64,000 nt of DNA from an uncultured Muribaculaceae bacterium (lineage in GTDB: Bacteria > Bacteroidota > Bacteroidia > Bacteroidales > Muribaculaceae). Position numbers and translations under genes: made by a program. The notes beneath the pieces are model-generated. The model made no database searches. It was not told where the DNA came from and worked only from the letters and a program-made list of their open reading frames with translations. This document shows, in pieces, positions 1 through 8,859 of the stretch. The number at the start of each line of letters is the position of its first letter. Position 1 is the stretch's first letter. The DNA is taken from positions 19,837 through 83,836 of the forward strand of contig CAJUIW010000002.1 of NCBI GenBank assembly GCA_910586895.1, written 5' to 3'.

Positions 1-995
1 TGCAGACCATCATCTCCACCCTTGTCATACTCTTCACCGGCGAATTCATCCCCAAATCCATCTTCCGCATCAACCCCAACACATCGCTGAAGGTGTTCGC
101 GCTGCCGGTCTACGTGTTCTACATCATCCTCTACCCCATCGCCGCATTCACATCCTGGCTTTCGCGTATGCTCATGAAAATGGCGGGTATAAAGTCGGGT
201 GAGGCACGTCTGGGCGCACTCTCAATGACCGAGCTGAATGAATATCTCGAGACAAAGATCGACGATCTTGACAATCCGCAGGAAACAGAGGTGGAGGATG
301 AGGTGAAGATATTCCACAACGCCCTCGACTTCTCGTCGACACAGCTCCGCGACTGCATGGCCCCCCGCAACGAGCTTGTGGCCATAGACCTTGACACGAC
401 CTCACGCGACGAACTGTCCGAACTGTTCACCTCCTCGGGCCGAAGCAAGATCCTGGTCTACCGCGAGGATATCGACAATGTGGTGGGTTATGTGCATATC
501 TCGGAACTGTTCGACCCCTCGAGCGACTGGAAGGAGCATATCAAGGATGTGCTGTACGCTCCGGAGACTCTTCTGGCCAACACGATGATGAAACGTCTGC
601 TCAGCCAGAAGAAATCAATGGCCGTGGTGGTGGATGAGTTCGGAGGCACCGCCGGACTCGTGACCCTCGAGGATCTCGTCGAGGAGATATTCGGCGACAT
701 CCAGGACGAGCATGACAAGAACGGAATCATAGCCACCGAGATCGAGCCGGGAGTCTACGAGATGTCAGGCCGTATCGAGGTGCGCACACTCCGCGACGAT
801 TACCGGCTCGACATACCCGAGGATGATGAATACCAGACCCTCGCCGGATACCTCATGCACGAGACAGGCACTCTCCCGGCCAAGGGGGAGACAATAGTTA
901 TAGACGAGCTCGCCTTCACCATAATAGAGCGCTCGGCCACACGTCTCGACCTCATCCGCGTGGAACGCCACACCCCCGGAGAACAGACAAGATAG
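1..995 (+). CDS. CNNM/DUF21-CBS-CorC_HlyC family (hemolysin-like, putative divalent-cation efflux) protein, 5' end outside window
   Basis: The reading frame is open back to nt 3 (..GEFIPKSIFRINP.. is the tail of a DUF21 TM domain). A CBS-pair region follows (ELVAIDLD.., VVVDEFGGTAGLVTLEDLVEEIFGDIQDEHD), then a CorC_HlyC-like C-terminus. It is a paralog of the gldE-like gene at 62224. Confidence 0.8.
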   Translation, partial: QTIISTLVILFTGEFIPKSIFRINPNTSLKVFALPVYVFYIILYPIAAFTSWLSRMLMKMAGIKSGEARLGALSMTELNEYLETKIDDLDNPQETEVEDEVKIFHNALDFSSTQLRDCMAPRNELVAIDLDTTSRDELSELFTSSGRSKILVYREDIDNVVGYVHISELFDPSSDWKEHIKDVLYAPETLLANTMMKRLLSQKKSMAVVVDEFGGTAGLVTLEDLVEEIFGDIQDEHDKNGIIATEIEPGVYEMSGRIEVRTLRDDYRLDIPEDDEYQTLAGYLMHETGTLPAKGETIVIDELAFTIIERSATRLDLIRVERHTPGEQTR

Positions 996-1043
996 AAGGG
1001 TGGCAGAGTCCTTGCCGCAAACCGGCCCTGATTTGCCATATTG

Positions 1044-1051
1044 TAACTTTG
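1044..1051 (+). promoter_or_regulatory. Bacteroidetes -7 promoter box (TAacTTTG) for the biotin operon
   Basis: Exact match to the TAnnTTTG consensus, 20 nt upstream of the bioA ATG at 1071. Confidence 0.5.
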
Positions 1052-1070
1052 CCTCCGCATTACTGAAGAT

Positions 1071-2357
1071 ATGGAAAAAGCATCCACGGTGCTTCATGAC
1101 CCCTTTGACAGGGAGCATCTATGGCACCCCTATACATCGACAATTGACCCCCTGCCGACATATATGGTCGAGGGGGCCGACGGAGTGAGAATCCGTCTGG
1201 CCGACGGACGCGAACTCATCGACGGAATGTCGTCGTGGTGGTGTGTGATCCACGGCTACAACCATCCCGCGCTCAACCGGGCCGCCACAGAGCAGATAGC
1301 CCGCATGAGTCATGTTATGTTCGGCGGTCTGACCCATCATCCGGCAGTGGAACTCGGGAAGATGCTCCTCGAGGTGGCCCCGCCATCCATGCACAACATT
1401 TTCTATGCCGATTCAGGTTCAGTGGCCACCGAAGTGGCCATGAAGATGGCCGTACAGGCATCGGTGAGCCGCTCGGGCGACCACCGCAAGACCAACTTCG
1501 TCACCATCCGGAGCGGATATCACGGCGACACATGGAATGCCATGAGCGTCTGCGACCCCGTGACCGGAATGCACGGCGCGTTCGGTCCGGCCCTTCCCAT
1601 ACGGTATTTCGCCCCGGCCCCTTCCATAAAACCGTGGGAGGAATGGGACGAGGCAGATGTAGAACCACTCGCCCGGATCATCCGTGAGCACAAGGATGAA
1701 TTGGCCGCCCTGATACTCGAGCCGATAGTGCAGGGAGCCGGTGGAATGAGATTCTATCACCCCGCCTATCTGCGTGCGGCCCGCCGCCTGTGTGACGAGA
1801 ATGGAATCTATCTGATATTTGACGAAATCGCCACCGGATTCTGGCGCACAGGCAAGATGTTTGCCTGGGAACACGCCGGCGTAGAGCCTGACATAATGCT
1901 CATAGGCAAGGGGCTTACCGCCGGATATCTCACCATGAGCGCGGTGCTCACCACACGCGATGTGGCCGACACCATCTCGCGCGGCGAAGCCGGAGTGATG
2001 ATGCATGGCCCTACCTTCATGGCCAATCCGCTGGCCTGCGCGATAGCCATCGAATCACTCAGGCTGCTCAACAGCCGTGACATGGCCGCCCGCATAGCCC
2101 ATATAGAGAGTGAGTTGCGCCGCCTGCTCGCCCCCGCCGCATCAATTCCCGGTGTCAGGGAGGTCAGGGTGCTCGGCTCGATCGGAGTGATGGAGATGGA
2201 GGAGCCTGTCAACGTAGGCGACTTCCAGAAGAAATGCGTCGACCGCGGGATCTGGGTGCGTCCCTTCGGACATAATGTCTACATCATGCCACCCTACATA
2301 ATCTCTGACGAGGATCTCCGCTTCCTCGCCGAGAAAACCATTGAATGTCTCCGATGA
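1071..2357 (+). CDS. bioA: adenosylmethionine-8-amino-7-oxononanoate aminotransferase
   Basis: 428 aa. Class-III aminotransferase features ([32 protein letters not shown] with PLP lysine context). It heads a bioF/bioC/bioD gene string. Confidence 0.93.
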   Translation: MEKASTVLHDPFDREHLWHPYTSTIDPLPTYMVEGADGVRIRLADGRELIDGMSSWWCVIHGYNHPALNRAATEQIARMSHVMFGGLTHHPAVELGKMLLEVAPPSMHNIFYADSGSVATEVAMKMAVQASVSRSGDHRKTNFVTIRSGYHGDTWNAMSVCDPVTGMHGAFGPALPIRYFAPAPSIKPWEEWDEADVEPLARIIREHKDELAALILEPIVQGAGGMRFYHPAYLRAARRLCDENGIYLIFDEIATGFWRTGKMFAWEHAGVEPDIMLIGKGLTAGYLTMSAVLTTRDVADTISRGEAGVMMHGPTFMANPLACAIAIESLRLLNSRDMAARIAHIESELRRLLAPAASIPGVREVRVLGSIGVMEMEEPVNVGDFQKKCVDRGIWVRPFGHNVYIMPPYIISDEDLRFLAEKTIECLR

Positions 2358-3496
2358 GTGTTTATTCCGACATACTCGCGCAACTTTCAGCCCGTGGCAA
2401 CCTCCGCCGTATACCGGCAGGCACCGCCGCGGGGGGTGAAACGGTGGTCGACCTCTCGTCCAATGACTATCTCGGACTCGGGGCCGACCCGGAGCTGCAG
2501 CGGCAGTTCATGTCCGAAGAATCCAACCGGACCCTCCCCCTCACCTCGTCAGCATCGCGCCTGCTTGCAGGCCGGCAGGAGGAGTATGCCTCGCTCGAAG
2601 CCCTGCTCGAAGAGCTATATGGCCGTCCGGCACTGCTGTTCAACAGTGGATATCATGCCAACACCGGACTCGTTTCGGCCCTGGCCGGTGTGGCCGGATG
2701 CATGATCGTGGCCGACCGGCTTGTCCATGCGAGCATCATTGACGGCATCATGCTTTCCAAAGCACCGTTCACCCGCTTCCGCCACAATGACATGGATCAT
2801 CTCGAACGGATCCTCGCCAAGGAGTCGCCGCGCCATGAGCGTCTGATCGTGATCGTGGAAAGTGTCTACTCAATGGATGGAGACCGCGCGGACATAGATG
2901 CTCTCGTCGCACTCAAACGCCGCTATCCCAACGTGATGCTCTACGTCGACGAAGCCCATGCCTTGGGTGTGGAAGGTCCGCGGGGACTCGGTATATGCCG
3001 TGGCGCGGAGGGGTACGGCGAGATAGACGTCGTGGTCGGGACCTTCGGTAAAGCCTGTGCCTCGATGGGTGCGTTCGCAGCTGTCAGTGCAGAGCTCAAG
3101 GGATTTCTTATCAACAGTTCCCGCAGCTTCATTTTCTCAACCGCCCTGCCTCCCATCTCAGCGGCATGGACAGAATGGGTGATACGCCGCATGATCGGTA
3201 TGGACGACAGGAGGGAAGCCCTGAAAGCATTGGGGCGACGTCTCCACTCGATCCTCTCGCCTCTGCAACCCGGCACGGTCGTGACGCCGAGCCACATACA
3301 GCCATTGGTTACAGGTGATCCGCACAAGGCCGTGGCTCTGTCGGCAGCGCTGCTTGAACACGGGTTCAAAGTTCTGCCCATACGCACCCCCACAGTGCCT
3401 CCCGGAACAGAAAGGCTCCGCTTCAGCCTCTCGGCCTCGATAAGTCCCGGTCAGCTCGACCGCCTCGAAGATTTTTTCAGAAACAATGAGATATAA
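2345..3496 (+). CDS. bioF: 8-amino-7-oxononanoate synthase
   Basis: 383 aa alpha-oxoamine synthase ([30 protein letters not shown]-lysine motif). It overlaps the bioA stop by 13 nt. Confidence 0.9.
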   Translation: MSPMSVYSDILAQLSARGNLRRIPAGTAAGGETVVDLSSNDYLGLGADPELQRQFMSEESNRTLPLTSSASRLLAGRQEEYASLEALLEELYGRPALLFNSGYHANTGLVSALAGVAGCMIVADRLVHASIIDGIMLSKAPFTRFRHNDMDHLERILAKESPRHERLIVIVESVYSMDGDRADIDALVALKRRYPNVMLYVDEAHALGVEGPRGLGICRGAEGYGEIDVVVGTFGKACASMGAFAAVSAELKGFLINSSRSFIFSTALPPISAAWTEWVIRRMIGMDDRREALKALGRRLHSILSPLQPGTVVTPSHIQPLVTGDPHKAVALSAALLEHGFKVLPIRTPTVPPGTERLRFSLSASISPGQLDRLEDFFRNNEI

Positions 3497-4844
3497 GCTC
3501 CTTCACCCGCACCGCTCCCCGCGTCTGGCACTGATATTTGCCGGATGGGGCATGGATCCGCACCCGTTCGGAGGTGTCGGCCGCGAGGGCTATGACATTG
3601 CCCTGGTGTGGGACTACCGCGACCTCTCGGCCCCATGGGCCGGAGAACTTGCGGACTATACCGAGATTGCTGTCATTGCATGGTCGTTCGGAGTTCCCGC
3701 CGCCGCCCGTTTCATCATCGGCCATCCATCGCTGCCGTTCACCGCGAGGATAGCCGTCAACGGCACGAAGCAACCTGTCGATGACCGCCTCGGCATACCT
3801 GAAGAGATATTCGGGGGCACACTCGCCTCGCTCGACGGGAGAAATCTCATGAAATTCCACCGCCGTATGTGCGGAGGCGGCGCGGGGTTCAGGCTCTTCT
3901 CGGAGCATCTGCCACAGCGTGACGTCGAGGAGCTGCGTGACGAGCTCAGGGCCATCGGCGGGCGCGGCAGTGCCGGAGATGTGATGTGGGACACAGCCAT
4001 CATCTCATCCGGCGACCTCATCATCCCTCCCCGTAACCAGATGCGTGCGTGGGAAACGGATGCCTGCGGTATCATCACAACCGATGGCCCGCATCTGCCG
4101 GACTTCAACGCCCTGCTCAACAGCCACCTCACCGATAAACGGCTGGTAGAGACCAAGTTCAGAAAAGCCGCCGCCACATACGAGAGCAATGCCATGGTGC
4201 AGCGGGACATAACCGACCGGCTTCTCGCGGCGGTTCCGGAGGGAGGACACGCGCTCGAGATCGGGGCCGGTACCGGATATGCCACCGCCGAACTCGCCCG
4301 ACGGACATCCACTCTCGAAGTATGGGATCTCACCCTCAGTCCGGCAGTGGAGGAGCTGGCATCCACAGGTAAAATATCCGCACGGGCCTGCGATGCGGAG
4401 ACAGCGATAGCCTCCGTGGCCTCAGGCAGCATCGACCTGCTCTTCTCGGCATCGACCGTGCAATGGTTCAATTCCCTTCCCGCATTTCTCCGCGAGGTGT
4501 GGCGCGTGCTCGCTCCCGGAGGCACAGCGCTCATCTCAACCTTCGGCCCACAGACAATGACCGAGATACACACCACGGCAGGCACCACTCCGGGCTTCCC
4601 TGACGCCGACACCATACGCAGGATGATACCCATGGCCGAGGTGACCGAAGAGCTCATGACCCTCACATTCGCCTCTCCGGCCGAAGCGCTCCGCCATGTG
4701 CGCCTGACCGGAGTCAACTCGCTCGGCACGGCATCGTCGCCGGCTGTCACACGCCGCATCATCACATCCTATCCGCTCTCGCCCGACGGAAGCGCTCCCC
4801 TCACCTATCAACCGATCTATATCACCATCCGCAAGACCTCATGA
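3486..4844 (+). CDS. bioC: fused BioG (DUF452 pimeloyl-ACP methyl ester esterase) / BioC (malonyl-ACP O-methyltransferase)
   Basis: The N-terminal half has the BioG pattern (LIFAGWGMD .. VIAWSFGV nucleophile elbow). The C-terminal half is a class-I SAM methyltransferase (LEIGAGTGYAT) with a BioC-like context. It sits between bioF and bioD. Confidence 0.85.
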   Translation: MRYKLLHPHRSPRLALIFAGWGMDPHPFGGVGREGYDIALVWDYRDLSAPWAGELADYTEIAVIAWSFGVPAAARFIIGHPSLPFTARIAVNGTKQPVDDRLGIPEEIFGGTLASLDGRNLMKFHRRMCGGGAGFRLFSEHLPQRDVEELRDELRAIGGRGSAGDVMWDTAIISSGDLIIPPRNQMRAWETDACGIITTDGPHLPDFNALLNSHLTDKRLVETKFRKAAATYESNAMVQRDITDRLLAAVPEGGHALEIGAGTGYATAELARRTSTLEVWDLTLSPAVEELASTGKISARACDAETAIASVASGSIDLLFSASTVQWFNSLPAFLREVWRVLAPGGTALISTFGPQTMTEIHTTAGTTPGFPDADTIRRMIPMAEVTEELMTLTFASPAEALRHVRLTGVNSLGTASSPAVTRRIITSYPLSPDGSAPLTYQPIYITIRKTS

Positions 4845-5479
4845 ACAACAACATATATTTCATCTCAGGCATCGACACCGATGCCGGAAAAAGCTATGTC
4901 ACCGGCCATATAGCCCGCCGCCTCATGGAAGAGGGCAAGAGTGTGATAACCCAGAAGTTTATCCAGACCGGCAACACAGACTTCTCGGAAGACATCGAAC
5001 TCCACCGCCGCATAATGGGCACCGGACTGCTCCCCGAGGATATAGACCGCACCACCGCCCCGATCATATTCACATATCCCGCCTCGGCACAGCTCGCCGC
5101 AAGGATAGACGGGCGTGAGATCGACCTCGGACTCGTGGACCGCTCGGCCTCCCTGCTCTCCGACCGGTATGATGTGGTGCTCATTGAAGGTGCCGGCGGA
5201 CTCATGGTGCCGGTGACCGACGATATATTCACCATCGACTACATAGCCTCACGCCATATCCCGCTCATACTTGTGACCAACGGTGTGCTCGGGAGTATCA
5301 ACCATACCATACTCTCGCTCGAGGCGGTCAAAGCCCGCGGCATAGAGCTCGCGGCGGTGATATACAACGAGCATTTCGACTCCGATGCAGTCATAGCAGC
5401 CGATACCCGCGGATTCATCAGCCGCTATGTGGCCCGCCACTTCCCCACGGCACGTTTTGCCACTGTGCCCACCATCTGA
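4841..5479 (+). CDS. bioD: dethiobiotin synthase
   Basis: 212 aa. P-loop GIDTDAGKS, EGAGGLMVP motif. ATGA overlap with the upstream gene. Confidence 0.92.
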   Translation: MNNNIYFISGIDTDAGKSYVTGHIARRLMEEGKSVITQKFIQTGNTDFSEDIELHRRIMGTGLLPEDIDRTTAPIIFTYPASAQLAARIDGREIDLGLVDRSASLLSDRYDVVLIEGAGGLMVPVTDDIFTIDYIASRHIPLILVTNGVLGSINHTILSLEAVKARGIELAAVIYNEHFDSDAVIAADTRGFISRYVARHFPTARFATVPTI

Positions 5480-5510
5480 ATCCCAATTAGGATATTTCGG
5501 GGGAAATGCG

Positions 5511-5518
5511 TAATTTTG
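5511..5518 (+). promoter_or_regulatory. -7 promoter box (TAatTTTG)
   Basis: Exact TAnnTTTG. It lies inside the 5' end of the ORF-track model (5506), which argues for the ATG at 5539 as the true start. Confidence 0.45.
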
Positions 5519-5538
5519 CACCAAAATTAAGAGATGAG

Positions 5539-6183
5539 ATGGAAAATACCCCATTCCACATAGCCATAACCAAGGAACAGCTCTCCAAGCTCCCGCCCGT
5601 GGAGTTTGCCGGAGCCATCACCGTCGTGAGCGAGCCGGAAGACGTGGCTGCAGCGGTTGAATTTCTCCGTTCGCAGGATGTGGTGGGATTTGACACCGAG
5701 ACCAAGCCCAATTTCAAGAAGGGTATGACCAACAAGGTGTCGCTCATACAGGTATCGACCGAAGATCATTCATATCTCTTCCGCCTCAACAAGATCGGTT
5801 TCACTCCCGAGCTGAAGGAGTTCATGGAGTGTGATGATGTGGTCAAAGTGGGACTTTCGCTCAAAGATGACTTCCATGTGCTCCACCGCATAGCCGAATT
5901 CGAGCCCCGCAACTTCATTGACCTGCAGGAAGTGGTGAAGCGTTTCAGCATATCCGATCTGAGTCTGCAGAAGATCTACGCCATCCTCTTCGGCCACCGC
6001 ATCTCCAAGAGCCAGCGTCTCACAAACTGGGAAGCCTCGACGCTGACACCCTCGCAGATGGTCTATGCCTCCATCGACGCGTGGGCCTGCCTACGCATTT
6101 ACCGTCTGCTCCATTCCCGGACATTCATCCCCGAAGAATCCCCCTACAAAATAATTGCAACAGAAGCTCCTGAGCAGGCATGA
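5539..6183 (+). CDS. 3'-5' exonuclease domain protein (RNase D / WRN-exonuclease-like, DEDDy)
   Basis: ExoI-like VGFDTET, ExoII-like VKVGLSLKDDFHVL, ExoIII-like YASIDAWACLRIY. The start is moved to the Met downstream of the -7 box. Confidence 0.8.
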   Translation: MENTPFHIAITKEQLSKLPPVEFAGAITVVSEPEDVAAAVEFLRSQDVVGFDTETKPNFKKGMTNKVSLIQVSTEDHSYLFRLNKIGFTPELKEFMECDDVVKVGLSLKDDFHVLHRIAEFEPRNFIDLQEVVKRFSISDLSLQKIYAILFGHRISKSQRLTNWEASTLTPSQMVYASIDAWACLRIYRLLHSRTFIPEESPYKIIATEAPEQA

Positions 6184-6977
6184 GAATCCTTACACCCGCA
6201 CAGATCACAGAAGCAGCCACAACTGTCGGCGCCAACAAGGCCCGTATGGCCACATCGAACACCATTAGACTTCTTATAGCCGCAATGCTCGCCGGCGCCT
6301 ATATCTCTCTCGGCGGAGTGCTGTCGGTGATACTCGGGTGGGGTTTCCCCGGGCTGACGGCCGAAAATCCCGCGCTACAGCGCCTCATAGCCGGAGCAGC
6401 CTTTCCGATAGGCCTCATACTTGTGGTGGTGCTCGGAGCCGAACTCTTCACCGGCAACAATGCTCTCCTCATCCCGTCGTTCGTGCGCGGACGCCACTCA
6501 GCCGGAGCGATTCTGCTCAACTGGACTCTTGTCTATCTCGGCAATCTCGCCGGAGCCCTCGCATTCACATGGTTCATGGTATATCAATGCGGTCTCACAG
6601 CCACCGACCCCTGGCATTCGGCCGTGGTGAGGGTGGCCGAGGCGAAAGTGTCGATGCCGTGGTTCACCGTGTTTCTCAAGGGAATCGGGGCCAACTGGTG
6701 TGTATGTCTGGCCGTATGGCTCGCATTGTCCGGAAAGACACTGCTTGAGAAAGCTTTCGGATGCTGGCTGCCTGTGATGGCATTTGTGGCATTGGGCTAC
6801 GAGCACTGTATCGCCAATATGTTTTTCATCCCGCTCGGAATGCTCGAAGGGGCTGACGTCGGCGTGATGCAGTCGATCACCGCCAACTTCATCCCGTCGA
6901 CACTCGGCAACATAGCCGGAGGGGCGTTGCTCGTAGGAGCTGTCCACGCCTATCTTCACCGCGAGGAGAAGAAATAA
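6180..6977 (+). CDS. formate/nitrite transporter (FNT) family channel
   Basis: 265 aa polytopic membrane protein with FNT-type motifs (AELFTGNN, GANWCVCLAVW, YEHCIANMF). ATGA overlap with the upstream exonuclease gene. Confidence 0.85.
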   Translation: MRILTPAQITEAATTVGANKARMATSNTIRLLIAAMLAGAYISLGGVLSVILGWGFPGLTAENPALQRLIAGAAFPIGLILVVVLGAELFTGNNALLIPSFVRGRHSAGAILLNWTLVYLGNLAGALAFTWFMVYQCGLTATDPWHSAVVRVAEAKVSMPWFTVFLKGIGANWCVCLAVWLALSGKTLLEKAFGCWLPVMAFVALGYEHCIANMFFIPLGMLEGADVGVMQSITANFIPSTLGNIAGGALLVGAVHAYLHREEKK

Positions 6978-7035
6978 CGAACTTAATACCTTGCGGTCGC
7001 GTTAGTCATAGAGTAACCATTTATTATGAGATCCG

Positions 7036-8484
7036 ATGGATGCGACCGCATTAAGCCTGAAATTACAATCATCAATAGGGTCGGTGAGCGGAGTGCTGAC
7101 CGACTATGTGATGGTGAGCGTCCTGCTCATCGCCGCACTGTTTTTCACCATAGTCACCCGCGGAGTCCAGTTCCGCATGATCGGTGAGATGTGGCGCCTC
7201 CTCATCCACTCCGGGAAACGAGACAATGACACACGCAAGGTCGACGAACCCGCCCATGGCACGGTAAGTTCCTTCCAGGCATTCGCCATCTCGATAGCCT
7301 CGAGAGTAGGCACCGGCAATCTCGCCGGAGTCGCCACCGCCATAGCTCTCGGAGGGCCGGGAGCAGTATTCTGGATGTGGGTCATAGCTCTCCTAGGGGC
7401 GGCAAGCGCGTTTGTGGAATCAACACTCGCCCAGCTTTTCAAGGTCAAGGGTGACAGATCATTCCTCGGCGGTCCGGCTTATTATATAATGAAGGGTCTC
7501 CACAAACGCTGGTGGGCCGTGACATTTGCCGTGCTCATCACCCTGACATTCGGCTTCGCATTCAATACCGTCCAATCCAACACCATCTCCGATGCCCTCA
7601 TGACCTCATTCGCCATTCCCCGCGAGGTGACAGCATGGGCTCTGGCCATACTCACCCTTGTGATCATCTTCGGAGGGATCAGGCGCGTGTCAAGATTCAG
7701 CGAGGTTGTCGTGCCCGTGATGGCTGTGGCATATATCGTGATGGCTCTGGTGATAGTCTGCATGAACATATCCCGTTTTCCAGAGATCATGAGACTCATA
7801 GTCACCAATGCTTTCGGTTTTGACGAGGCGATGGGTGGCACGGTGGGTGCGGCCATGATCATGGGCATAAAGCGCGGTCTCTTCAGCAATGAGGCCGGCG
7901 AAGGCTCGACCCCTAACGCCGCCGCGACTGCATCGGTGACCCACCCGGTGAAACAAGGGCTGATACAGACCCTCGGGGTCTACACCGACACCCTGTTCGT
8001 CTGCACGGCCACAGCATTCATAATCCTGTGCAGCGGAGTGTTCAACGATGGTCACGACGGCATCATATTGACCCAGAAAGCCATCGACGCAGAGTTCGGA
8101 GGCGGCCATAATATCGGATCGACCCTCGTCAGCATAGCCATATTCTTTTTCGCGTTCACCAGCATTGTGGCCAACTATTATTATGGCGAAACAAACATCC
8201 GCTTCATACGCGACAGCCGCCTGGCAGTCAACATCTACCGCCTGGCAGTTGCCGTGACGGTCTATTTCGGGGCCATAATGTCGCTCGACCTCGTGTGGGG
8301 ATTCGCCGACATCACCATGGCGCTGATGACCCTCTGCAACCTCGCCGCAATACTCATGCTCGGCAAATATGCCGTCATTCTTCTCAAGGACTACACCGCA
8401 CAGAAACGGTTGGGTCATGATCCGGTCTATCACTCCTCTACAATTCCCGAGATAGCCGAGGAGACCGAGTGCTGGAACGACTGA
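7036..8484 (+). CDS. alanine/glycine:cation symporter (AGCS) family transporter
   Basis: 482 aa. AGCS-like motifs (FQAFAISIASRVGTGNLAGVATAI, GPGAVFWMW, RGLFSNEAGEGSTP). Confidence 0.9.
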   Translation: MDATALSLKLQSSIGSVSGVLTDYVMVSVLLIAALFFTIVTRGVQFRMIGEMWRLLIHSGKRDNDTRKVDEPAHGTVSSFQAFAISIASRVGTGNLAGVATAIALGGPGAVFWMWVIALLGAASAFVESTLAQLFKVKGDRSFLGGPAYYIMKGLHKRWWAVTFAVLITLTFGFAFNTVQSNTISDALMTSFAIPREVTAWALAILTLVIIFGGIRRVSRFSEVVVPVMAVAYIVMALVIVCMNISRFPEIMRLIVTNAFGFDEAMGGTVGAAMIMGIKRGLFSNEAGEGSTPNAAATASVTHPVKQGLIQTLGVYTDTLFVCTATAFIILCSGVFNDGHDGIILTQKAIDAEFGGGHNIGSTLVSIAIFFFAFTSIVANYYYGETNIRFIRDSRLAVNIYRLAVAVTVYFGAIMSLDLVWGFADITMALMTLCNLAAILMLGKYAVILLKDYTAQKRLGHDPVYHSSTIPEIAEETECWND

Positions 8485-8609
8485 GAACGGGTCAAATTGT
8501 TAATATAAGTTAAACAGAAAAATCTCGTGAACTTTCCATGACGGGACTTGTTCTAAAGATATAGTTACTACTATTTGCACTGTGTTTTCATGGTATTAGA
8601 TTTAAGGTT

Positions 8610-8649
8610 AAAAAACAAACGGCTGTCGTGATGACAGCCGTTTGTTTTT
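8610..8649. terminator. bidirectional rho-independent terminator
   Basis: AAAAACAAACGGCTGTC-gtgat-GACAGCCGTTTGTTTTT: a perfect 17-bp stem that includes an A-run and a T-run on either side. Confidence 0.7.
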
Positions 8650-8667
8650 GTCATATACCGACGGTAA

Positions 8668-8792
8668 GGAAAAGGATACAAATGGACAAAAGGTCAAAAG
8701 AGACAAAGTTTTTTGATTCAGATTCATCAGACTGATTATAAAATAAAAAAATCTGTTTCTTCTTGACCTTTTGTCCATTTGTATCCTTTTCC
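8668..8792. repeat. long intergenic inverted repeat (30-bp perfect arms, 65-bp spacer)
   Basis: GGAAAAGGATACAAATGGACAAAAGGTCAA (8668-8697) is the exact reverse complement of 8763-8792. Pairing continues imperfectly inward (AAGAGACAAAGTTTTTT vs AAGAAACAGATTTTTTT). Confidence 0.85.
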
Positions 8793-8844
8793 TGACCGGT
8801 AACTTTACAGCTACTCCCAATTTGGATATTCCGTGCTATTTGAG

Positions 8845-8852
8845 TAATTTTG
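8845..8852 (+). promoter_or_regulatory. -7 promoter box (TAatTTTG), near-leaderless arrangement
   Basis: Exact TAnnTTTG ending 7 nt before the ATG at 8860. Confidence 0.45.
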
Positions 8853-8859
8853 CACTGCC

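Noticed and set aside
3656-4765. 369-aa ORF on the minus strand, antisense to the bioG-bioC fusion.
   Set aside because: It lies entirely inside a well-supported gene and has a low-complexity Ser/Ala/Arg/Pro-rich translation with no motif. This is typical of a spurious antisense frame in GC-rich coding DNA.
6978-7035. Possible glycine or amino-acid riboswitch upstream of the alanine/glycine:cation symporter.
   Set aside because: The intergenic spacer is only 58 nt. I see no glycine-riboswitch-like conserved core or paired aptamer structure in it.
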